DNA from: Octopus vulgaris
Lineage: Eukaryota
Assembly (NCBI GenBank): GCA_951406725.2
Contig: OX597827.1
Span: 32,612,001-32,676,000, forward strand
Direction: 5' to 3'
Length of the DNA stretch: 64,000 nucleotides
Of the stretch, positions 52,350 to 64,000 are shown piece by piece. The notes under the pieces are model-generated. The model saw nothing but the letters and a program-made list of their open reading frames with translations, was not told the origin of the DNA and did no database searches. Within the stretch, counting starts at the first letter, position 1, and the number at the start of each line of letters is the position of its first letter. The position numbers and the translations under genes are program-made.

Positions 52350-52687
52350 TTAATTCAGTTTGTCCTTAGTCGAAAGACACCTGTTGTTAATGTCCTGTTG
52401 TTTGTATTTGTAATTGTATACCATTTCTCCGTTTTTTTCGTCCTTGTTTTTGTATACATTCGCTTGCTTTCTTCCAGGGAGTCTAGTGTTCCTAGCTTAG
52501 ATTTTCTTGGGACCGGCCAGATTGGAGCAGTCTCGAGTGTAACCAGCCGAAACTGCAACGACGATCTGGAACTCGACTGAGGATAGGAAGCTCCGAATGA
52601 TCCGTCCTTGTTTTTTCCTGTCTTTTTTTTAAATATCGTCCAGATGTTTTGTTATCGTCTGTTACATTCTTGTTCCATTTTTTGTTT
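52350..52687 (+). mobile_element. Short non-coding interspersed element (Penelope-like termini suspected) carrying a permuted HHR motif
   Basis: T-rich 3' part ending in (TA)n; diverged partial copy on the minus strand at ~50085-50235. Confidence 0.5.
52527..52583 (+). ncRNA. Hammerhead core with non-cyclically permuted (pseudoknot) strand order
   Basis: GCAGTC-TCGAGT...GAA-ACTGC...ACTCGA-CTGAGGA: stem III GCAGT/ACTGC, stem I TCGAGT/ACTCGA; stem II unclear. Confidence 0.5.
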
Positions 52688-54022
52688 ATATATATATATA
52701 TATATATATTTAAAAAAGGAGATGTGGAACACGAGTTGTGATATATAAAAAAAGGAAATGAAGAAAATGCTGACAAAATAATTTAAGTAAGGGAGAGTGT
52801 ATTTAATTAGGTGAAAGTTCTTTTTTTAAACAAAAAAAGAGAAAAATTGGGTTAGAATACAATGTTCATTTTTTGTGAATGATTTCAGCGTATAAGAAAA
52901 AAAGTAAGAGTCTTTTACAGTGCTCTGTTTCAGAATAAGATATTTAGTAAAAGCGTGTAATATACAGTTTTTTGTGGAAAAGTTCAATGTCAGATTTCAG
53001 TGTAGAATAAAAAAAGTAAGAGTTTACCGGTTGCGCATTTGTTATGTATATCAAAAGATATTTTGAGTGAGATAGAGTTCCTCTCTGATTGAAAAAAATC
53101 AATCAGAAAGGAACTCTCGACTTTGCCGTTCAGCCTTCCAGAATCGATAAAATAAGTAGCAGTTGAATACTTGAGTTGATATAATCAACTTACCGACTCC
53201 TTCGAAATTGCTGGCCTTGTGCCAAAATTTGAATTCAATATTAATAGTGACTGTTTATCTATGGTGGCAAAAGTAAACTTCAGAAGTTAGCCATCATATG
53301 ACGGGTAGCGTTCTAGTAGATATATAATAATTCATTCCTGTAATGTATATCGATGGAGTAGTTGTAGTTATTTAACAGTGCTGCGTGCAATGTATATTAA
53401 TAATATTCCATTATAGTATAAGCTAAAGAGTTCCTGGCCCGTCCATTTACCTTACCCTACAGCATTCTGTATTCTGAGAGCTTTTTAGAGACACCTCCCC
53501 GTTGACGTCATGGACAGCAACTGACCAACTTTATTATTACTCTTACTTTTTCTCTCTCACTTCTGCCCTTTCGTGTTGGTGTTTTTTGTTTTGTCTTTGT
53601 TTTTTTTTTTACTTCAGAAAAGAAAACATGTACACACAAGTACGAAACAAAATAATAAAAAATTTAATAATGAACAGAAACATAGTAAAAATAAAAATAA
53701 AAATGAAAATAAAACGCAAATTTCTCGAACAGGATGTTTATATATTATCTTCAAGCTTTTTTATTGGGTGTGGGTTGGTAGGGGGTGCACTCATACACAC
53801 ATATAAATGTACACAAACACAGTCAACAAGCTTCTTTTAAGTTTCTGTCTACCAAATCCACCCATAAGACTTTTGTTTGGCCCAGAGCTATAGTAGGAGA
53901 AACTTGGCCCAGGTGCCACTGAACCCGAAGGCATATAGTTGGGAAGCAACCTTCTTAAGCCACGCCTGCGATTGTGTGTGTGTGTGTTTAAGTAAATATT
54001 CGGATGAATATTCATATAGATA

Positions 54023-54101
<79 letters not shown>

Positions 54102-54112
54102 CATCATCATCA

Positions 54113-54672
54113 TTGAGTGAGAGAGCAGTGCATGCCATCAAAGTGACACTGGGGTAAAATATACGAAGCCCAGTATACCCATCATGACTACCCGTCTGAT
54201 AAGGGTACTCGAGGCACGTGCATCACAACCATATGTGCGCGACATGGTGATCTCATATCAAGATAAACAGCACATGACCTTGGAGGTGGGGCCCAGTTAG
54301 AATTTTCTTCCGGTCAAGTAACCCATCTCGCTTAAAAGGTCCCTGAATAAGGGTTGTTTAAGGATGATGAACGAAACACCCATGTTTCCAAGGGGGAATT
54401 ATCCAAACCCCAAAGAATCCCTCTCAACACATGGCTATGATGCTCCACAACTACTTCTGCTTGTCATCAGAGTTGCACATATCGTCAGCCACTAAGGGAC
54501 ATGCTCAACTGGGTATGGTCAACCAACTGACGAGCAAATCTGTGGTATTGAGCAGAATATTTGCTGTAGCCCATCTTTTATACCAAGACAAAACAATGTA
54601 CATGATAACACTTCCAATCAGTTAAGATCAGGAGCCATGAGAGCCACTGTCTGGTACTGCATCAGGGCATTT
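54113..54672. mobile_element. ~560-bp non-coding insert embedded in (TTA)n on both sides
   Basis: Complex sequence sharply bounded by (TTA)n/(TCA)n at 54024-54112 and (TTA)n at 54670-54711. Confidence 0.55.
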
Positions 54673-54857
54673 ATTATTATTATTACTATTATTATTATTA
54701 TTATTATTATTAGCAGTAAATATATGAATAATTAATAACAATAATAACAATAATTTTAGTGGCCAGCAAGCAATAATGCCGTTATATGGCAAATCAATAA
54801 AATTTTATAATTAATAAATAATTATAATAGAGGGTACAGTCAGCACCAGTTGCTAGA

Positions 54858-55076
54858 AATAAGAGTTAAAATACTCAAACAATCTACCAAACTGACTGAA
54901 AATCATAACTGACCAACAGAAATCGATCATGATCCAGCTGTGTCTGTTACCTAATTATACAGCTTTCAGCTGAGTTTAATATGTTAATTTTTTCTCTGCT
55001 CGTTGGCCCGATTTCTGTTGGTCTGTTATGAATATCAGTGATTTTGGTGGCTTGTTTGAGTATTTTAACTCTTATT
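54858..55076. mobile_element. MITE-like element with 68-bp imperfect TIRs
   Basis: aataagagttaaaatactcaaacaa...gaccaacagaaatcg (54858-54925) versus cgatttctgttggtc...ttgtttgagtattttaactcttatt (55009-55076). Confidence 0.75.
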
Positions 55077-55215
55077 ATAATTTGCTTGCTTCTGAACAAC
55101 ATGGTTCCGGGTTCAGTCCCACTGCGTGGCACCTTGGGCAAGTATTTTCTGCTATAGCCTCGGGCCGACCAAAGCCTTGTCAGTGGATTTGGTAGACGGA
55201 AACTGAAAAGCACGT

Positions 55216-55274
<59 letters not shown>

Positions 55275-55312
55275 AATTTAGGATGTGTGTATGTGTGTGT
55301 GTGTTTGTATGT

Positions 55313-55581
55313 ATCGGCCAGACTGTCAGATGTTATAAATCGCTGGTCACAATGCGCTTTGCCTTGTTTTAACTTTCGAATGATGCCACCCCGCTAGGTT
55401 GGTGAGCAGGCCAACATTCCGTTTCGTCGGAAGGCTATTCCATCACAAGGAGGGACCCATCTACAGCTGAGTGGACTAGAGCAAAAGAAAATGAAGTGTT
55501 TTGCTCAAGAACACAACGCACCGTCCGGTCTGGGAATCGAACCACGATCTACTAATCGTGAGTGCCACATCCTAACCACCA
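55313..55581 (-). mobile_element. SINE family C (tail type 4, RTE-derived)
   Basis: tggtggttagga...ggttcgattccc...ttgtgttcttgagcaaaacactt; 3' end resembles 15215-15290. Confidence 0.75.
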
Positions 55582-55632
55582 GTGTCATCGTATTGATGAC
55601 ACTCCGACGAAAGTCTTTCCGATTAAGCACTT

Positions 55633-55688
<56 letters not shown>

Positions 55689-55844
55689 CTTTCTCTGTCT
55701 CTCTTCCCCAATTTCTCATACACACTCCCTCTCTCACCTTCACTCACATTGCTGGTGGTCGCGTGGTAGTGGTGATGGTGGCAGTAGTAATATTAAAATT
55801 AACAGGTCAGAGTGACTGTTAATGTTTGCATTGGTGGTAGAACC

Positions 55845-56400
55845 CTTGTCCAGTCAGCTCTTGATATTGTCCATCTATTGCGTTCTTAGCCTGCTTTCTA
55901 CTCTTCCTTCTATGATAATGTTGTTTTCCAAACACCTACTTCTTCGAATATGGTCATAATAGATGAGCTTTTTTTTTTTTTTTTCACAGTTGTCTTTCAC
56001 CTACTTGTAACAAATTCATTTATCGAATGGTCCTCGTAATATTATCATATACACCCACATTTCAGATGCGTTGTGATTATATTGTCTTCAAATTTGCTCA
56101 GCGTCCATGCTTCACAATCATAAACGCCCACTGACCGAATGAACGCTCGCATTAGCCTTGTTTTTAACTTAGTTGAGAATCTTTTGCTGCTCCCGATGTT
56201 ATTAAGGTTTTCCGTGGGCATTCTTGCCATGACGAGCCGTATCCCAATTTTTTTCATACTTGTGGCTTCATCAGAGATTTGGGCTCCAAGATACATGTAC
56301 AATTTAACCTATTCGAGCCTCTCTCTACCCCGTTTGATGTTAACATTTGCTTTCTCTTTTCCGACTAATGGTTGAAATAAAGACTGTGCATATTTGATGC
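55845..56400 (-). mobile_element. Degenerate RTE-clade LINE fragment (post-RT region)
   Basis: YMYLGAQI..IGIRL..A..K.KTRL.RA.I.SV.VY.CEAWTL. Confidence 0.7.
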
Positions 56401-56409
56401 CTTCTCGTT

Positions 56410-56486
<77 letters not shown>

Positions 56487-56490
<4 letters not shown>

Positions 56491-57088
56491 ATCGCTCGCC
56501 ATATCGCAGTTCACTTATTGCGGTTTATTATTTAAGCTTACGTCGATTCCTCCGTGGTATTGTTTTGTATTTATAATAAAATAAATACATACAACTTATA
56601 AAAAAGATATATACATATATAGGCGCAGGAGTGGCTGTGTGGTAAGTAGCTTGCTAACCAACCACATGGTTCCGGGTTCAGTCTTGGGCAAGTGTCTTCT
56701 GCTATAGCCCCGGGCCGACCGATGCCTTATGAGTGGATTTGGTTGACGGAAACTGAAAGAAGCCTGTCGTATATATGTATATATATCTGTGTGTGTTTGT
56801 ATGTCTGTGTTTGTTCCCCTAGCATTGCTTGACAACCGATTGCTTACGTCCCCGTCACTTAGCGGTTCGACAAAAGACACCGATAGAATAAGTACTGGGC
56901 TTACAAATAATAAGTCCCGGGGTCGATTTGCTCGACTAAAGGCGGTGCTCCAGCATGGCCGCAGTCAAATGACTGAAACAAGTAAAAGAAAAGAAAAAGA
57001 ATATACAGTACAGTACTGTTTCTACTTCGCGGATTTTTACCTATCGCGGGTGTTTGGGAACGTAACACCCGCAATAGTCAAGGGATTA

Positions 57089-57092
<4 letters not shown>
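56487..57092. mobile_element. pogo/Tigger-like MITE interrupted by a SINE A insertion
   Basis: tagtaatcgctcg...aagggattagtgta ends; the two halves match the reverse complement of 40845-41025. Confidence 0.75.
56622..57000 (+). mobile_element. SINE family A nested in the MITE
   Basis: ggcgcaggagtggctgtgtggtaagtagc...cagtcaaatgactgaaacaagtaaaaga. Confidence 0.85.
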
Positions 57093-57123
<31 letters not shown>

Positions 57124-57336
57124 AATATAAAGACAAGTAAGGGTATATTAATCAACATACAAATTAATTTTTGATTTATTGAAAACTTATCTGCGCTTCT
57201 AGAGAGGGTACAGCAATCGTTTGGTAGCAGCCGGTACCGATTACAAATAAGACAGGGAGATAATCTCAAGAATCAGGAATTCTGCAAAATACCATTAAGA
57301 AAAAGACAATATGGTGATCTGGAAACAAAAGGATAA

Positions 57337-57377
57337 CTGTGCATACGTTTCTGCTCTGATAGATATCATCAGCACAG
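57337..57377 (-). ncRNA. Degenerate type I hammerhead motif
   Basis: CTGTG-CTGATGA-tatctatcagagca-GAAACGTA-tg-CACAG. Confidence 0.45.
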
Positions 57378-57749
57378 CAGTTTTACTTCATCTCCAACAA
57401 CGCTCTAACGATTCTGCTAGCTCTCCGCCTATTAATTTTTTCTATTACAGTCATAAAACCTGAAATCTTAGGTGAAGTGGCCAGTCGATTCTATCGACCC
57501 CGAAACGATGAACGGCAAAATCGACCGGAAGAAATGCAGCTAAGCATTTTGTCCGACGCTATTACGATTCTGCCAGATCGTCGCCTTTTATTAATAGTTA
57601 CTGTTGTGTGGACTTTGGTAGAAACAACAGACATGTTGAAGAGTATCTATGTTATTGTACAGGCGCTCGCGCGCAAACATGCACAAACGTGTGTATGTGT
57701 GTGTGTGTGTACAGTACTTTGTTATGTATTATAATCAAATGTATGGATG

Positions 57750-57809
<60 letters not shown>

Positions 57810-57811
<2 letters not shown>

Positions 57812-58207
57812 CGAAGGAGTGGCTGTGTGTTAAGAAGCTTGCTTCCCAACCACATAGTTCCGGGTTCAGTCCCACTGCGTGTTAACTTGGACAAGTCTGT
57901 TCTGCTATAGCCTCGGGCCGACCAAAGCCTTGTGAGTGGATTTGGTAGACGGAAACTGAAAGAAGCCCGTCGAATATATATGTGTGTGTGTGTGTGTGTG
58001 TGTATTTGCGTGTCTGTGTTTGTCTCCCCACCATCGTTTGATAACCGATGTTGGTGCGTTTACGTCCCCGTTTTCTAGTGGTTCGGCAAAAAGAGACCGA
58101 TAGAATAAGTACACGGCTTACCAAAGAATAAATCCTGGGGTCGATTTGTTCGACTAAAAGCGGTGCTCCAGCATGGCCGCAGTCAAATGACTGGAACAAG
58201 TAAAAGA

Positions 58208-58209
<2 letters not shown>
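57810..58209 (+). mobile_element. SINE family A, full length
   Basis: A-box-like TGGCTGTGTG, B-box-like GGTTCAGTCCC, CORE-like cttggacaagt, internal (TG)n, 3' cagcatggccgcagtcaaatgactg. Confidence 0.85.
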
Positions 58210-58280
<71 letters not shown>

Positions 58281-58358
58281 CATACATACATACATATATA
58301 TATAAATATATATATACATATATATATGTTTATATATATATACATATATATATATACG

Positions 58359-58442
<84 letters not shown>

Positions 58443-58620
58443 CATCACACTATCGGTGATTTATAATATATATTTGAAATGTATTAATCGTTGCTTCAGT
58501 CAATATTCGGTTTTTGCTATGAGAAACCGTTTGTGTATATATACACATTCATCTAACCATCGATCTACTACCTACCTACCTACTTACCTATCTGTTTGTG
58601 TATGTATGTATGTATGTATG

Positions 58621-58655
<35 letters not shown>

Positions 58656-58689
58656 ATCCACTTATCTTTCTCTCTCTCTCTCTCTCTCT

Positions 58690-58738
<49 letters not shown>

Positions 58739-59019
58739 TATTTTGGCTCGAGTCAAGGTCACTTCAATCGAAAAGAAAGACGCTTCCACAGTGTTTGAGC
58801 CGTTTCTTAGAACTTCTTTGTTGCTTCCTTCATATTTGCGTGTGTTCTAGAGGAGACGGAAATGTGATTCAATGATGTTCATGCCTCATTCATATTTATT
58901 GTAGTTATCGCATGAACGAACTCTTCGGCAATTTGTTTGTGTTATTAATTGATGTTAGTGTTTGAATATTGGGCGGCGGCAGGTTGAGCAGAAGGGAAAT
59001 AGTGAAAGTCGGTAGGAAA

Positions 59020-59540
<521 letters not shown>

Positions 59541-59972
59541 TAGAGAGAAAGCAAGAGGTGGTAAAGGTGAGCGATAGACAGAGAAAAGCTAAGAGGAGGA
59601 GAAGGCGGAAGTGAGAGAAAGAGAAAATAAAGATAGCTCCATATGTCGTCTGATAATATAAATTGATTGATTTGATGGATTTCTTGACATAGATCGATTC
59701 ATATACTGATAGTTGGTTTGATATATAATTTGATTGATAGATAGATTTATTGATATAGATAGATAATCTGATGAAGAAAAATATTCAGTAGGTGGTAGTA
59801 AACTGAAGAGGAAGACAAGATAAGTGAGACAGAAGATTTTTCTTTGTGTGTGTGCGTGTGTGTGTGTGTGTGTGTGCGCGCGTGCGTGCGTGTGTGTGTG
59901 TGTTTGTGTATGTGTGAAAGACAAGATATCACGTTTTAGATCTGTAACAACATATCGCTTCACACACTCACA

Positions 59973-60068
<96 letters not shown>

Positions 60069-60119
60069 TGTGTGTGTTATATATATATATATGTATGTAT
60101 AATATATATACATACAAAC

Positions 60120-60202
<83 letters not shown>

Positions 60203-60310
60203 TAGATGCACACATGTATAAATATACGTACACAGATGTGTGTGTTTGTATGTGTACACATGCATTTAGTATATACATATGCATATGCATGTTTTTATAC
60301 ATATTTGCAC

Positions 60311-60409
<99 letters not shown>

Positions 60410-60603
60410 TACACATACATATACAAGCATGAATCTCTATGCATGTATATGTGGGTGGGTGTGTTTATTTATATACACACGCATTTATAATTTGAATATT
60501 GCAAAGTTCATTATTTCCCAGTGACCAGTGGCTTCAATCCCAGCCGGGAATCCTGGGATCTCTTGTTAGCAACCCGAGAAAATATACCATCTCCTCTACC
60601 TCT

Positions 60604-60710
<107 letters not shown>

Positions 60711-61035
60711 GCCCCTCTCTTCTTTCACACACATTCCCTCTATATCTGTTGCTTTTAATCAATCTCTTTCTCGCAGTTATTTATACATCTATATTTTCTC
60801 TTCCATGCCTCCGACAGCAGATAATTCACATCTATGCATATATATGTGTGTGTGTGTGTGTACTAAACAATTGCATGTTGCTAAATATAACAAGTGTGTA
60901 GTTTTATGCATGCGTATATGCATCTAATGTATGCATGCATGTACGTGTGCATGCTTGCATATATGCATGCGAGTCATATATGTATTCTATTTATGTAATG
61001 TTTGAATATGTACAGACGGTTTGCAGTGTAAATAA

Positions 61036-61080
<45 letters not shown>

Positions 61081-61516
61081 TATTGGCAGTACATTTTGCG
61101 GTGTATGCACATGTTTACATATGCAACCAGCTGCTGTTTATATATGCAAATGTTTTGTTTACGTGTAGAAACGTGTGCACAAGTTGCATGTATATGCTTA
61201 CATACATCGCCGAAAGCATGCACATACACACACGCACACATAATTAAATGATGCTAGTGTGTAACCCGATCGATCAGATTTTTTGTTAAACCGAGCTACC
61301 GCCATGGCCATCCAGCCTCAAACTGAGTTATAAATGCATTTATCTAGGCCTACATTAGCTAAAGAGGCCGTCTTTTAGAAGATGATCGATATGGTTTTTA
61401 AAGGGAGTTCGCTGTTTCTAGCATAGCCTACCTTGGCATACAGAGTTATTTAGAGAGAACCATACATACATACATACATACATACATACATACATACATA
61501 CATACATTCATAGATG

Positions 61517-61604
<88 letters not shown>

Positions 61605-61718
61605 TGTATGTATATATATATATAGGGAAAATTCACCCCCCAAAAAAACAAAAGACGAAGACAGGTGGTGTAGATAACAAACAAATGTATTAATATAACA
61701 CTCGGGGAGTGAAAAAGT

Positions 61719-61754
61719 CTTTAACGTTTCGAGCCTACGCTCTTCCACAGAAAG
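61719..61754 (-). ncRNA. Minimal hammerhead-like motif, core variant CTGTGGA
   Basis: CTTT-CTGTGGA-A-GAGC-GTAG-GCTC-GAAACGTT-AAAG. Confidence 0.6.
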
Positions 61755-61906
61755 GAACACAGAAAGAAACAAGGAGAGAAAATAAAGAATGTGTAGTGGC
61801 TTGCGATTTATCATGGTGAATGCCGGACAAAAGGGTCACACAGGGGTTCAAATTTACAGAAAAAAAGACGAAGACAGATGGAGGAACAACAAGAAGGTGT
61901 ATTAGT

Positions 61907-62076
61907 CACTAGCGTAGAGTGTGTGCCGCCCGGGGCGGCCCTTCCGTTTCCCGACCCCGGACCCCACAAAAAAAAAACAAACAAACACATATTGCCTACA
62001 GTTATAGCCTATGACAGGATGAAAAGTGCCGCCCGGGGCGGACCGCACCTACACCCCCTCCCTAGCTACGCTAGTG
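61907..62076. mobile_element. hAT-type MITE, 11-bp TIRs, 8-bp TSD
   Basis: GTATTAGT|CACTAGCGTAG...CTACGCTAGTG|GTTTTAGT; the empty site is visible in the neighbouring unit (gtattaat). Confidence 0.85.
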
Positions 62077-62110
62077 GTTTTAGTTTAATGCTCAGGAAGA
62101 ATGGAAAAGT

Positions 62111-62146
62111 CTTTTACGTTTCGAGCCTATGCTCTTCGACAGAAAG
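62111..62146 (-). ncRNA. Minimal hammerhead-like motif, core variant CTGTCGA
   Basis: CTTT-CTGTCGA-A-GAGC-ATAG-GCTC-GAAACGTA-AAAG. Confidence 0.6.
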
Positions 62147-62225
62147 GAAATATGAAGTGGGGAAAATAAAGACGGAGGAAAAAAATGTGCAGAGTTCAAT
62201 ATATTGATATGTATGTATTCACACA

Positions 62226-62270
<45 letters not shown>

Positions 62271-62604
62271 TATGTGTATGTGTATAAAACTATATGTAAT
62301 CTTGTATATCTGTTTATATATATGCATGCATGTATGAATGGATGGAGGAAGAGATAGCTGTATGGATGGGAAGGAGTGTATATGCATGTTTGCAATTATG
62401 CATCTATACTACATAATTCGCTTAATTATTGCATGTTATGTAAACATACACAGAATCTGATGCAAGAACTTTCCAGTTGTTGAGTAAGTGCAACACATGT
62501 GTGCATGCATATGCATCTGAGTGTGTGCATGTGCATCCCTTAGTATGTGTACATTTAGATATGGTCTTTTATATAGCAATGTGATATCCTTTATGAATAT
62601 GCAA

Positions 62605-62816
62605 GGCGGCGAGCTGGTAGAAACGTTAGCACGTTGGGCGAAATGCTTAGTGGTATTTCGTCTATCTTTACGTTCTGAGTTCAAATTCCGCCGAGGTCGA
62701 CTTTGCCTTTCATCCTTTGGGGTTCGATAAATTAAGTACCAGTTGCGTACTGATGTCGATCTAATCGACTGGCCCCCTCCCTAAAATTTTCGGGCCTGGT
62801 ATCTAGAGTAGAAAAG
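62605..62816 (+). mobile_element. tRNA-derived SINE family B, full length
   Basis: ggcggcgagcTGGTAGAAACGTTAG (A-box-like), GAGTTCAAATTCC (B box); many partial copies in the window. Confidence 0.85.
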
Positions 62817-62945
62817 ATCCTTCATGAATATGTGTGTGTAGATGTATATATGGGCATTCGTGGATTTGCGTGCATGTAAAATGTTTGTATACGGATATGC
62901 CCTTATGTTTGTACGCAATGTATGCATGCTTATATATATTTATAT

Positions 62946-63312
62946 GTGGCTGAGTAGTAAGAAGCTTGCTACCCAACTACATGGTCCCGGGTTCAGTCCC
63001 ACTGCACAAATGTCTTCTACTATAGCCTCGGACCGACCAAAGCTTTGTAAGTGGATTTGGTAGACGGAAACTGAAAGAAGCCCGTCGTATACATATATAT
63101 GTATATATTTGTGTGTGTGTGTTTGTGTCTGTGTTTGTCTCCCACCATCGCTTTACATCCGATGTTGGCGTGTTTACGTCCCGTAACTTAGCTGTTCGGG
63201 AAAAAACCGATAAAATAAGTACTAGGCTTACAAAGAATAAGTCCTGAAGTCTATTTGTTCCACAAAAGGTGGTGCTCCGGCATGGCCGCAATCAAACGAC
63301 TGAAGTAATAGA
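62946..63312 (+). mobile_element. SINE family A with small deletion
   Basis: Homology to family A. Confidence 0.8.
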
Positions 63313-63719
63313 ATATGTGTGTGTATACGGTCGCGCGCACACAAACACACTGTGTACACGTATATCGAGTGCATATGCGGGCGTAGATGTATAACATATG
63401 TAGGTATTAATCTGTGTGCATATGTGTGTCTGAGTGTTTCAACATAGCCGGGTTTACGTAATGATGAATAGATTGTGCAATGGTTGGGAAGAAATGTGAA
63501 TATACTTATATGTGCGTGTGTGTGTGTGTTTATGTACATATATATATATATATATATACACACGTATACACATACATATATACACATACATACAGTATAT
63601 GTATATAATTATATGTATGTTTGGTGATGCAAACAGGAAAATATAACTCAAAACAAGTTTATATCTGTATTTTTTATTATTTGTAATCGGCAAGAGGTAG
63701 TTTCTTTCGCTATTCCCTA

Positions 63720-63782
<63 letters not shown>

Positions 63783-63786
63783 TATT

Positions 63787-63820
<34 letters not shown>

Positions 63821-64000
63821 GAAACACACTTCAACATTGTTGTAAAAAAGTTTTTTTAATACAATAATAAAAAACGTGCAAACCAGACCGTGTTGAAACT
63901 TTATTCATCTGATATATACACACATATACACATTTATGTGTACGTGCGGATTACTGTGCGTCTATCTCTCTCTTTCTGATTTTTTTTCTTTTGTTCTCAG

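Larger units (their letters stand above)
61625..62200 (-). mobile_element. Two tandem, diverged Penelope-type pseudo-LTR units
   Basis: aaaagacgaagacag..tg...aacaa...tgtatta...ctc.gg...aaaagtcttt.acgtttcgagccta.gctcttc occurs twice; a truncated relative lies at 50012-50066. Confidence 0.7.

Noticed and set aside
52506-52518. GCCGGTCCCAAG on the minus strand, matching part of the twister ribozyme consensus
   Set aside because: The following CCCGG and the other twister pairings are absent.
54420-54560. Possible HDV-like ribozyme in the (TAA)n-embedded element
   Set aside because: P1/P3-like pairings can be drawn but no P2 partner was found.

Overview
Eukaryotic, AT-rich, extremely microsatellite-dense genomic DNA. 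The repeat repertoire looks like an Octopus/cephalopod genome (inferred from repeat families, not verified). Almost all ORFs in the supplied track are translations of (TA)n, (CA)n, (TATG)n, (GATA)n and (GA)n runs. The real content is transposable elements: a near-intact CR1-clade LINE with one nonsense codon (6411-9465), a Penelope-like RT+GIY-YIG fragment (9534-10745), an apparently full-length RTE LINE with a twin-priming-type 5' inversion and three C-terminal C2H2 fingers (15903-20081), L1/Tx1 and other RTE remnants, three tRNA-derived SINE families, hAT and pogo/Tigger MITEs, and a non-autonomous Helitron. The most striking signal is about ten hammerhead-ribozyme (HHR) motifs from several unrelated Penelope-type short elements. 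Several sit in fold-back palindromes, several have non-canonical cores, and one (52517-52590) has its three strands in a non-cyclic, pseudoknot-requiring order. One compact candidate three-exon host gene encoding a small secreted-looking, basic, Cys-containing peptide lies at 35295-35843 (minus). No tools were used, so all family names and folds are by-eye calls.
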